From positions 1-64,000 of the IMG/VR virus record IMGVR_UViG_3300038312_000327: a DNA stretch of 64,000 bases. One strand, given 5' to 3'. Positions 27,871 to 36,191 of the stretch are shown piece after piece (positions within the stretch are counted from its first letter, which is position 1; each line of letters opens with the position of its first letter). The position numbers and the translations under genes are program-made. The notes under the pieces were generated by a model. The model did no database searches, was not told where the DNA came from, and saw only the letters and a program-made list of their open reading frames with translations. The DNA is from a virus. Lineage: Duplodnaviria > Caudoviricetes.

Positions 27871-29541
27871 ATGCCGTCCTTATTATCATTTCACGACCAG
27901 CAGCATATTACCCGTATGTTTGTCCAGGAACAGCGGGTAAATATGATATTTAACCAGTTCGTTTCTTCCATTGCACCCGAAATGCGAAAATGGAAAGATG
28001 CCGGCAATAAAAACAGCGTGTGGGTTCGCAATCCGGGCATTGAAAAAGCTATCGATAAATACCTGGTCCAGCTGCAATCCAATCTCGAAAAAGAAATCAA
28101 ATCCGGGCAAACGAAAGCCTGGAATGAGGCGGTCCTGAAGAATGATAAAATGGTAGAGAGCTATATCAAAGGAATGTCACTTTCTACTATTGTCAAGGAA
28201 GGGTTGTTCAGACGCAACCTTGATGCTCTCGAATTGCTTCAAAACAGGACCGAAAACGGGTTAAATATTTCGCAGCGTGTATGGAATATTGCAGACCAGA
28301 CAAAAGGCCATGTGGAACTATTCCTTGAAGGTGGTATTTCTACCGGTAGGAGCGCAGACCAGATCAGCCGGGATTTCAGGCAACTGTTACAAAATCCAGA
28401 GAAGCGTTTCCGACGAGTACGCAATAAAGAGGGCAAGCTTGTAATGTCCAAGCCGATGAAAGACTATCATCCCGGCCCGGGAGTCTACAGAAGTTCAAAG
28501 ATGAACGCCATCCGTGTATCGGCTACCGAAACAAATATGGGATACCGGTTGAGTGATTCGGAGCGATGGAAGCAGCTTGATTTCGTGTTAGGATTTGAGG
28601 TAAAGCGTTCCCGGAATGGTCATCCGTGCGCAATATGTGATGCGTTGGTGGGTAAATATCCGAAAGATTTTGTTTTCCCCGGATGGCACCCTTTCTGCAT
28701 ATGTATTGCTGTTCCAATTGTGATGGAGCATGAAGATTTTGCGGATTTTCTTTTGACTGATCAAATTCCTGAAAATAAATATGTAAAAGATATACCAGGT
28801 AAAGCACGGGAATGGATGGATGGCTATATCAAAAAGACCGGAAGTGTGCCATATTTCGTGAAACTAAATGCAAAGTGGCCTCATGATAAAAACAATCCAT
28901 CGATTTTATCGAAAGTGCAGAAAGGACAAGAAGCAAATAAAATAGCAGATTTTGGAATAACATCAATAATAAAACCAGAAAATGAAAGGACGCTAATTCA
29001 AGCAAAATGGGATGAGCAAAAATTATATAACGAAATAAGGAAAACAGAAGACGAAATCAGGATGAATAAAAAATTTGAAACTGCGGTAGCTTTTGATACA
29101 TCAGGGAATATCGTTTTGGATAAGCGAGGAGAAGCTTCTTTCGTACAATTAAACGGCACCGACATGGATAGGCTAAAAGATACAGTATTTACTCATAATC
29201 ACCCGAGAGGATGGGGTTATCCTGAAAAATCGTTGGGTAGAATAGGAAATTCGTTTAGCTCCCAAGATATATATACTGCAATAAAGGCAAATGTTCAGGA
29301 AATGCGAGCCGTAACTCCACATTATACATTCTCGATGAAAAGACCGGAGAGCGGATGGGGCGATATTAACAGCGTTAGGAATATTATCGAAAGTGAAAAT
29401 AATAAACTAAGCAATGAAATGTGGAAAGGAATAAATAGTGGCATATTTAAACCGGAAAGGGCCTCTGCTATTCATTTTCATATACTCTGGAAGCGGGTAA
29501 GCAAAAAAATGAATTGGAATTATTCAAAATCGAAAACTTGA
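27871..29541 (+). CDS. MuF/gpF minor head protein with C-terminal JAB-like extension
   Basis: CAICDAL..FPGWHPFCIC MuF motif; C-terminal E..THNHP..SFSSQD. Confidence 0.8.
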   Translation: MPSLLSFHDQQHITRMFVQEQRVNMIFNQFVSSIAPEMRKWKDAGNKNSVWVRNPGIEKAIDKYLVQLQSNLEKEIKSGQTKAWNEAVLKNDKMVESYIKGMSLSTIVKEGLFRRNLDALELLQNRTENGLNISQRVWNIADQTKGHVELFLEGGISTGRSADQISRDFRQLLQNPEKRFRRVRNKEGKLVMSKPMKDYHPGPGVYRSSKMNAIRVSATETNMGYRLSDSERWKQLDFVLGFEVKRSRNGHPCAICDALVGKYPKDFVFPGWHPFCICIAVPIVMEHEDFADFLLTDQIPENKYVKDIPGKAREWMDGYIKKTGSVPYFVKLNAKWPHDKNNPSILSKVQKGQEANKIADFGITSIIKPENERTLIQAKWDEQKLYNEIRKTEDEIRMNKKFETAVAFDTSGNIVLDKRGEASFVQLNGTDMDRLKDTVFTHNHPRGWGYPEKSLGRIGNSFSSQDIYTAIKANVQEMRAVTPHYTFSMKRPESGWGDINSVRNIIESENNKLSNEMWKGINSGIFKPERASAIHFHILWKRVSKKMNWNYSKSKT

Positions 29542-29549
29542 CAATTCGA

Positions 29550-29792
29550 TTAATCAATTTCTTCAAAGGCAATATCCCCCACTTGTCCATCAACCGGGTT
29601 ATCGTGCATTTTTTCACCCGATAAATACTCATCGGGTATTCCACCTGGAAACGCGGCACAAAAATAATCCCACTCTTTAAAGTGCTTGCATCTGCAGCAC
29701 TTGGAGACATACAAGTTAAGCAATTCATGCCTGTCATCAAGAATCATGTGCTTGTCTTTTTCTTCCTCGTTTTTATAAAGTCTTTTTGTCAT
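29550..29792 (-). CDS. Small Cys/His-rich protein convergent on MuF (candidate immunity)
   Basis: CCRCKH..CAAFPGGIP..H pattern. Confidence 0.7.
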   Translation of the reverse strand: MTKRLYKNEEEKDKHMILDDRHELLNLYVSKCCRCKHFKEWDYFCAAFPGGIPDEYLSGEKMHDNPVDGQVGDIAFEEID

Positions 29793-29843
29793 TTGTTTTT
29801 ATTTAAAATATAAATAAAAGTAGTGATTATTTTCCGTTTAAAG

Positions 29844-29869
29844 AAAAGCGGGCGGATTTACCCGCTTTT
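29844..29869 (-). terminator. Terminator closing the antirepressor operon
   Basis: AAAAGCGGG..CCCGCTTTT. Confidence 0.7.
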
Positions 29870-29882
29870 CAGATAACACAAA

Positions 29883-30074
29883 TCATTTATCTTCTTCAAA
29901 ATTCAGCGTGAGTTTTACATTATCATGAATGATTATCAATCGGGCGGATATACTCGTCTCAGTAGTGTGGCAAAGCACTTTTTGGCCATCCATTATCCAA
30001 TTGTCAATAAGTCTATTGAGTCCGTTTTTGAGTTTGTTCTTCGAAACCCGGCCGTGAATGGTTTTTACTGTCAT
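29883..30074 (-). CDS. Hypothetical protein, antirepressor operon
   Basis: ATGA-coupled to upstream ORF. Confidence 0.6.
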   Translation of the reverse strand: MTVKTIHGRVSKNKLKNGLNRLIDNWIMDGQKVLCHTTETSISARLIIIHDNVKLTLNFEEDK

Positions 30075-30307
30075 TTTGAGCCTCCTTCCATCTTTGGGAG
30101 TGGTGAATCGAAATATAACTCGTTCCAGTGTTCATTACCTATTAATGCTGAAATATGTCCCGCCGTATCATCAAGATTGGTCTCAATTTCATCAACATGC
30201 TTTTCCAGTGAAACATCCGACAATTTTATAGATGATGCATATTTCAAGTAGCAAGCCTTTATCGCTTTCAATTGCTTAAGGTGCTCAATCATTGCCTCAG
30301 TATTCAT
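30071..30307 (-). CDS. Hypothetical protein, antirepressor operon
   Basis: Start re-placed at ATGA overlap (MNTEAM..). Confidence 0.6.
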   Translation of the reverse strand: MNTEAMIEHLKQLKAIKACYLKYASSIKLSDVSLEKHVDEIETNLDDTAGHISALIGNEHWNELYFDSPLPKMEGGSK

Positions 30308-30465
30308 AATTTGCCTCCTTTCGCATTTACCATTTCCATGCACATGTTGCGGAAAAAAGAATCTAGTGAGCTGATGAATCTGTCAGGATCTGCGATATGA
30401 CGTCCGGCAAGTTCAAAAATCCCTTTGGCGTCACTGACCATGGTTATCTTGGTTTTGCTTTTCAT
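30304..30465 (-). CDS. Hypothetical protein, antirepressor operon
   Basis: Start re-placed at ATGA overlap with antirepressor stop (MKSKTK..). Confidence 0.55.
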   Translation of the reverse strand: MKSKTKITMVSDAKGIFELAGRHIADPDRFISSLDSFFRNMCMEMVNAKGGKL

Positions 30466-31304
30466 ATCCGGCCCCCTTTCCGCAATTGGTGAAGAAAAGC
30501 TCGACCTTTCTCGGTCCAAACCATCGATTGTTGCGTTTCAACATTACCTGTATGACGATTAACATATCTTGAAACACGCATATCTGTATAGTCCTTATCC
30601 TGATATTTTGAATAAAGAAACCACTGACCAGATTGAAAAAATTGAATCCCCGCTTCTTTAAGTTTCTTGTTTAAGGTTTTTGCACTCAAACCAAAATCTT
30701 TTGCTATTTGTGTTGTAGTGAATGTAGATGTTGATTGCAAAACCTCGTCAGTATATTCAGCTTTTGGAACTAAAACTTTGATTTCTTCTTTCTGAATTTC
30801 ATTTTCTCCCTGAAGTATCTGGATTGCTTGTTTGTGTCTCTCCAAAGTTCTTTGAGCAACTTGTAATGCACGAGCCATTATTAAATCTGAAGATTCAAAA
30901 TCAAGAGCAACATTACCGGTTGTCATTAATATTTTTATCTGGTCATTTGTCCAGATAGCGAATGCCGGGGATAGCCAGCGAGCAAACTCGATGGCAACGT
31001 CTTCATGGAACCATGTACCTGGATTTGCACCACCTGCCTGAGTTTTAACTAATTTCTCAAAGTGTGATTTTCTCACTTTGCTTAATTCTTCAAGAAATGT
31101 TTTAGATGTGGGCAATCTTAACCAGTCAACTGGTCGTTTCCCAAATGTTTTTGCCATCTGTGTGGCATTTACCATAACATCGTCACCTTTAGAAAAAGTA
31201 ACTTTTGAGCCTTCATAGGTTAAAACAATGCTCGTTTCGTGAGCGGACGTACTTCGACTGTTACTATTGTTCGCAATCGTCGCAATGTTTGTGTTGTTAA
31301 GCAT
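30462..31304 (-). CDS. KilA-N + ANT/KilAC phage antirepressor-like protein
   Basis: VNATQMAK..GTWFHEDVAIEFARWLSP; C-terminal TTTQIAKDFG..WTEKGR. Confidence 0.9.
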   Translation of the reverse strand: MLNNTNIATIANNSNSRSTSAHETSIVLTYEGSKVTFSKGDDVMVNATQMAKTFGKRPVDWLRLPTSKTFLEELSKVRKSHFEKLVKTQAGGANPGTWFHEDVAIEFARWLSPAFAIWTNDQIKILMTTGNVALDFESSDLIMARALQVAQRTLERHKQAIQILQGENEIQKEEIKVLVPKAEYTDEVLQSTSTFTTTQIAKDFGLSAKTLNKKLKEAGIQFFQSGQWFLYSKYQDKDYTDMRVSRYVNRHTGNVETQQSMVWTEKGRAFLHQLRKGGRI

Positions 31305-31356
31305 TTACACAAAATTTTAATAAGTAACGATTTTGAGAAGTGTGGAAATAAAAAGA

Positions 31357-31434
31357 GCGATCCTGCACTTCCCGTTGCTTAACACCTCAAGGGCTGCGGG
31401 GCCATTAAGCCTCCACACGGGGTTACAGAATCGC
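31357..31434 (-). ncRNA. Candidate C4/CI-like antisense RNA (78 nt)
   Basis: 11-bp closing stem, inner CCCGU/ACGGG stem, one hairpin, and an unpaired loop complementary to upstream and downstream boxes. Confidence 0.5.
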
Positions 31435-31542
31435 AATTAAATTTTGACGTAATAACTATTTAAAACAAAAACAGCCCGCCAATATGGTGAGCCGAACGCC
31501 TTGCAATTCTAATATTCTCACCCTTGAGTATGTTAAGCGTTA

Positions 31543-31573
31543 CAAATATCAGAATATTTTTTTAATCTACAAA
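31543..31573 (-). promoter_or_regulatory. Promoter of the antirepressor cassette
   Basis: TTTG-N19-GATATTTG on the minus strand (one mismatch to consensus). Confidence 0.6.
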
Positions 31574-31608
31574 ATAAAAATGACTATTTTTGCGAAAAAC
31601 ATAATATC

Positions 31609-32061
31609 ATGGGATTATTTTTCAATAACTACGAAAAAAAGCGGAAGCAGGCTATCGCGAAAGTGGAATTTCCGAGACATAAAAGGATTTTAGAGGATAG
31701 TATCAGTCTGATCAAATCAACCCAGAATTTAAGCACATTGATAAACCGGCATGAAATAGCACAAGAGGAATATTCGTGGATAAAAAGCCAAATGAATGCC
31801 GGTGTCCCGATTTACTTCAAATCTAACGGGTATTTTCCTGCCGAATTGAAGGAGTACGCAAATGTAAATATAGTCCGGATCGCAGATGCCGAATACGCAA
31901 AGTATGCAGCGAAAAAGGGAACATTGAAAACCGATAAAGCGAAAGAAAATCTACACGATAAATATACGAATGTTTTAAATGATTGCTTATTTGCTTTACT
32001 TACCGCTAAAAACCAAAAAGAATGTATCTCTGAAATTGCAGGGCTAATTACTAAACTATAA
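31609..32061 (+). CDS. Hypothetical moron protein
   Basis: 150-aa ORF preceded by TATTTTTG (31585-31592) and followed by a terminator. Confidence 0.7.
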   Translation: MGLFFNNYEKKRKQAIAKVEFPRHKRILEDSISLIKSTQNLSTLINRHEIAQEEYSWIKSQMNAGVPIYFKSNGYFPAELKEYANVNIVRIADAEYAKYAAKKGTLKTDKAKENLHDKYTNVLNDCLFALLTAKNQKECISEIAGLITKL

Positions 32062-32084
32062 AAAAATAGCCGAAAAATTACGTA

Positions 32085-32109
32085 GAGCCGGATCATTATG
32101 ATCCGGCTC
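32085..32109. terminator. Palindromic terminator
   Basis: GAGCCGGATCA-tta-TGATCCGGCTC followed by TTTT. Confidence 0.75.
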
Positions 32110-32264
32110 TTTTATGGGCGTGCAGGGAAACCTGAAAACTTCGAAAAAAGAGATTAAGCGATGATGTGCTTTCAAAGCACCCCATATAGATCACGAACCC
32201 TTACTGCTAATAACCCATCAAAAGAACAACCGCGTAACTCTAAGTTACCCCCTTCCGCAGGCAA

Positions 32265-34186
32265 ATCGAGTAGGAGGAAAACGAAGTAGTTTTCTTCCTA
32301 CTTTCGTTTTCCGACCTCTCACACCACCGTACGTACGGTTCTCGTATACGGCGGTTCCTTAACATTTCACTCTAACCGTTTTATAATAATCCGAGAAGAA
32401 AACGTAACCGGCTTTTCTTAAACGCTCGTCAGTAACTGTTCGGCTAAGGATAAAACTATTGGCTACATGCCAATAGCCCTTTCTGGTATTTGCCCACTCA
32501 TATGCCTTGTATCTGTTGATACCCAGCTTAACAAGATTAGCTACCTTGGTTCTGATCCGTTTCCATTGTTTCCATATCACCATACGTAGCCTTCGACGCA
32601 ACCAGGCATCCGTTGTTGTGAGTAACGTTTTAATGTCTGCCAGTTTGAAGTACTGCACCCAACCTGTTATATACTGGTTTAGTGCTGTCTTCCTGCACTC
32701 ATTCCCCCATCCGTTGCTTCGGGATGTAAGTTCTCTAATTCGAGCTTTCATCTTTTCCACACTTTTGGAGTGAACCCTCAGCCTGCATTCTCCCTTGTAT
32801 CGGTAAAAACTATAGCCAAGGAATTGGATATCCCTGATGTAGGCAACTTTCGTTTTGTTACGATTGACTTTCAGGAAGAGTTTCTTCTCAATGAACGAGA
32901 TAATGCTCTCCATCACTCTTTCGGCACTTCGCCTACTCTTGCACAGTATTACCAGATCATCCGCATAGCGAACGAACTTGTGTCCCCGTTTTTCGAGTTC
33001 CCTGTCCAGCTCACCCAGAAGGATATTTCCCAAAAGAGGACTTAATGGTCCTCCTTGCGGAACTCCCTCATGGCTCTCTTCGAAACAGACTCCATCTTTC
33101 ACTCCTGCATTGAGATACTTATGTATAAGTGAAACCACTCTCCCGTCCTTGATAGTACGGGATAAGACCTCTATCAGTTTGTTATGATGTACGGTATCGA
33201 AGAAACGCTCCAGATCCATATCTACGGCGTAGATGTAACCCTCGTTGATATACTGTTGACATTTTCTGAGGGCTCCGTGTGTTGAGCGTCTGGGACGGAA
33301 CCCATAGCTATGGTCACTGAATTCAGGTTCATAGACCTGAGACAGCTTCTGTGCAATGCCCTGCTGGATAACCCGATCTACTACTGTGGGGATACCCAGC
33401 TGGCGCTGCTTCCCGTCTTCTTTGGGGATGTATACCCTTCGTGTCGGATTGGGGCGATACTTGCCCCCCAGAATGGACCCGATCAATACATCCTTGTTCC
33501 CGACAAGATAATCTTTCAATGATTCAACCTCCATCTTGTCTATACCTGCTGCGCCATGGTTGCTCTTTACCCGTTTGTAGGCAGCGTTAAGGTTGGAAGG
33601 TGAAAGGATGTCTTCCAGCAATCCATTCTCTTTACGGTGTTCATGTCCGGTGAGGTTGTTTTCAGTTATCCATAGGAAAGTCTGCCCTGTCGCATGGCTT
33701 TCGGATGCCGTCCTATTATTCTGCGCTACAGGTCTCTGATATATAGAGATTTTCTGCTTTCGTCCTTTCATAACGGTAACTTTCATTGACTGCTCGACCA
33801 TTAAGGTTCAGCCCTTCCCATATCCGGTCGTGATGTGGTACTATGGCTTCTGCTGACTTCTCACGATGAACTTGTTTTGACCATGCTTCATACTCCGTTT
33901 CCGCATGTTCGTGAGACCTCCCGCGGTAAGGCAGTTAACTTTCATTCCATGTCCCCGCCATATTTACACCCCGACGTCCGTGTAATCTTTGGACTTTGAC
34001 TTGTTTTGCAGTCTCGTCCCGACGGGTATGCCTGATATGATTCGTGTCCCTCGGGGCGGAACTTTGCCTTAAGCTTCCTTCAGATTCCGCTTCGCAACGG
34101 ACACCCTTGCCCTCGGCTAATGGTTGGCGATCACAAACCCCCATAGTGGACTTTCACCACCAAGTTAACTGCCATGCACGGCACAC
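32265..34186 (-). mobile_element. Class IIC group II intron
   Basis: 5' GTGTG at 34186 right after a stem-loop plus T run; domain V AACCGCCGTATACGAGAACCGTACGTACGGTGGTGTGAGAGG with CGC triad; domain VI ending ACTCGAT at 32265. Confidence 0.9.
32359..33801 (-). CDS. ltrA: Group II intron reverse transcriptase/maturase, no endonuclease domain (start possibly 33771)
   Basis: RQLGIPTVVDR, GVPQGGPLSPLL, VRYADD, domain X. Confidence 0.95.
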   Translation of the reverse strand: MVEQSMKVTVMKGRKQKISIYQRPVAQNNRTASESHATGQTFLWITENNLTGHEHRKENGLLEDILSPSNLNAAYKRVKSNHGAAGIDKMEVESLKDYLVGNKDVLIGSILGGKYRPNPTRRVYIPKEDGKQRQLGIPTVVDRVIQQGIAQKLSQVYEPEFSDHSYGFRPRRSTHGALRKCQQYINEGYIYAVDMDLERFFDTVHHNKLIEVLSRTIKDGRVVSLIHKYLNAGVKDGVCFEESHEGVPQGGPLSPLLGNILLGELDRELEKRGHKFVRYADDLVILCKSRRSAERVMESIISFIEKKLFLKVNRNKTKVAYIRDIQFLGYSFYRYKGECRLRVHSKSVEKMKARIRELTSRSNGWGNECRKTALNQYITGWVQYFKLADIKTLLTTTDAWLRRRLRMVIWKQWKRIRTKVANLVKLGINRYKAYEWANTRKGYWHVANSFILSRTVTDERLRKAGYVFFSDYYKTVRVKC

Positions 34187-34277
34187 AAAAATAAGCGATG
34201 TAACGAAACGTTACACCGCTCTTCCGGCTCTGTATGGTCGGATATCGCCTTTCTTGAATTTGAATTGACAAACTAAA

Positions 34278-34466
34278 ATGAAAACAGAAGAGATTATTTC
34301 AAAACTTAGTGCAGAAAACAAAAAAATGAAAGAATTGATTGAGTTTGCTAATTCTAATCTGAGCGGATTATTTAATTCAATGGACAGAATGGATAAAAAT
34401 GAGGTGAAAGATGCAATTAGGTTTATTGGAATCGAAATCGAAAATTTTATAAATAAAAGGATGTGA
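34278..34466 (+). CDS. Hypothetical protein
   Basis: 62-aa ORF followed by a terminator. Confidence 0.55.
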   Translation: MKTEEIISKLSAENKKMKELIEFANSNLSGLFNSMDRMDKNEVKDAIRFIGIEIENFINKRM

Positions 34467-34492
34467 TTTTTTAATTGACAAAGATTGTAGAC

Positions 34493-34521
34493 AGCCGGAT
34501 CATAACGATTCGGCTTTTTTT
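34493..34521 (+). terminator. Intrinsic terminator
   Basis: AGCCGGATC..GATTCGGCT followed by a T run. Confidence 0.75.
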
Positions 34522-34573
34522 ATGTATTTCCGAAAAACACACTTCTCTTATATTTTAAATCAAAAACATTTTT

Positions 34574-35251
34574 ATGACAATCCTAGAATTAATCAAAGCA
34601 CAATGTAAAGTTCAGGGTGTGCCTGAAAATCATGCTGAACGTATCGAGAAGATCACGGGCATCACGGAAGAAAAAGACGGCAATATCATTGCTGCCGTTA
34701 AGAACTTCAAGGAAAATATTCTCCCGGCCATTCAGGAAGCGGAAAATTCCGGTAAAACGGCTATTTCGGAATATGAGAAAAAACATAATCTGAAAGACGG
34801 CAAGCCGGTTGAAGCGAAAAAAAATGATGAGCCGGGAAAGGTTGAATTGCCAAAGGATCTTGACCCGTCGGTAAAGGCTATGATCGAAGCGCAAAACAAA
34901 TCTATCGAGACGCTTACCGGACTTGTATCAGGTATGGTTAAGTCCCAGAAGAGTATATCGGTCCTCGAAACCGTAAAAACAAAGCTGAAAGGCAAGGTGG
35001 ATGATAAATTCATCGAAAAGGTAGCCGCAAAAGTGAATGTTGATGCTGAGGACATTGATAAAGAGATCGAGACCCAGATTACTGAATTCAATGATTTGAG
35101 ACAATCTCTAATCGATGAATATGTAGGTAAGGATTATATTCCCGCAGGTGGCTCAGCAGCCGGTGACCGCTCCGTTTCAGATTGGGCGAAACTGATGGAT
35201 AACAACGATGCTTCCGAAACCGGAGTAGTAGACTTAGGATTAGGTAAATAA
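34574..35251 (+). CDS. Probable capsid scaffolding protein
   Basis: Charged helical protein upstream of decoration and capsid genes. Confidence 0.6.
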   Translation: MTILELIKAQCKVQGVPENHAERIEKITGITEEKDGNIIAAVKNFKENILPAIQEAENSGKTAISEYEKKHNLKDGKPVEAKKNDEPGKVELPKDLDPSVKAMIEAQNKSIETLTGLVSGMVKSQKSISVLETVKTKLKGKVDDKFIEKVAAKVNVDAEDIDKEIETQITEFNDLRQSLIDEYVGKDYIPAGGSAAGDRSVSDWAKLMDNNDASETGVVDLGLGK

Positions 35252-35269
35252 CCATTAATATTTTAAAGT

Positions 35270-36172
35270 ATGTTTAGGAAAAAAGAAAATGAATTTCAAT
35301 ACGCCCCGGTGATCGTCAAGATCATAGAGGACGTTACTGGTGGTGGTACAATCGCCAGGGCTGAACTGAAAGGTGTGATTGACGAGTTGCCTCCCGGGGT
35401 TATCGTAGGAGTGGATTCGAACGGTTTGTATCATGTTTTGAAAACTGCAAAAGTGATAGGTGGTACTGTATCTGCGCCAAGGATTGCAAAAAACCACTTG
35501 TTGGTTGTTGGCGAGATCATCTCGGATGGTACGGATACGCTTAAAATTGCAAGTATCACGAAAGGTGAGGAATACGATACGTTAACTTTCGTTGACGGCC
35601 AATTGACCGCAGTTGGAGGGTTGATTTATCTTGCAATTGGAATTAATGCCGCTGCATCGGTAACCCTTACAGGCGATGTTGGAGACACGTTGACGATTTC
35701 GTGCCCGTCAGCTGCAGGAGTTGAAGAATTTAACGGAAAGACCGTTGAGCTGGTACAGGCGGAAAACGATACGCTTGCCGTTTCTTATGCAAACGGGAAG
35801 ATTACCATTGCGCTTGCAGACACAACCGCTTCAAAAAACAATGCTGCCGCCATTCAAGCTGCTATTCGCGCACTTGTCGCTGCCGGACTTGATTTTACGG
35901 GAATAACCGTAACAGGTGGTGCAGGATGGGATGGCGGGCAGACCGGAGCTGTTCTGACTACACCGTCAGGTAATCTTTTGGGAGGTAGTTATACCGCCAA
36001 TGAAACAGGCTATAAATATGCTCCAGAAGCAATCACGATGAACAAGATCGATACGACCGTTGCGAATCAGCAGTCCGGTCTGCTTGTTCGTGGTACTGTC
36101 AATGAGGCTGTCATGCCTTATCCTGTGGATAGTGAAATCAAGGCATTAATGTCGTTAATCCGTTTTGTGTAA
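35270..36172 (+). CDS. Probable head decoration protein with inserted domain
   Basis: Immediately before the capsid gene; C-terminal GLLVRGTVNEAVMP. Confidence 0.55.
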   Translation: MFRKKENEFQYAPVIVKIIEDVTGGGTIARAELKGVIDELPPGVIVGVDSNGLYHVLKTAKVIGGTVSAPRIAKNHLLVVGEIISDGTDTLKIASITKGEEYDTLTFVDGQLTAVGGLIYLAIGINAAASVTLTGDVGDTLTISCPSAAGVEEFNGKTVELVQAENDTLAVSYANGKITIALADTTASKNNAAAIQAAIRALVAAGLDFTGITVTGGAGWDGGQTGAVLTTPSGNLLGGSYTANETGYKYAPEAITMNKIDTTVANQQSGLLVRGTVNEAVMPYPVDSEIKALMSLIRFV

Positions 36173-36191
36173 CCCATTAAAATTTATATAG

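Noticed and set aside
31484-31693. 69-aa ORF over the antirepressor leader
   Set aside because: It overlaps the promoter region and the 150-aa gene in another frame; the region is better explained as regulatory RNA.
32110-32264. Self-cleaving ribozyme
   Set aside because: I could not place hammerhead, HDV, twister or pistol core motifs by eye; kept only as a generic structured tract.
32359-33801. RT as part of a diversity-generating retroelement or retron
   Set aside because: It is flanked by group II intron domains V/VI and a GTGTG 5' end. I found no template/variable repeat pair for the tail gene and no msr-msd layout.
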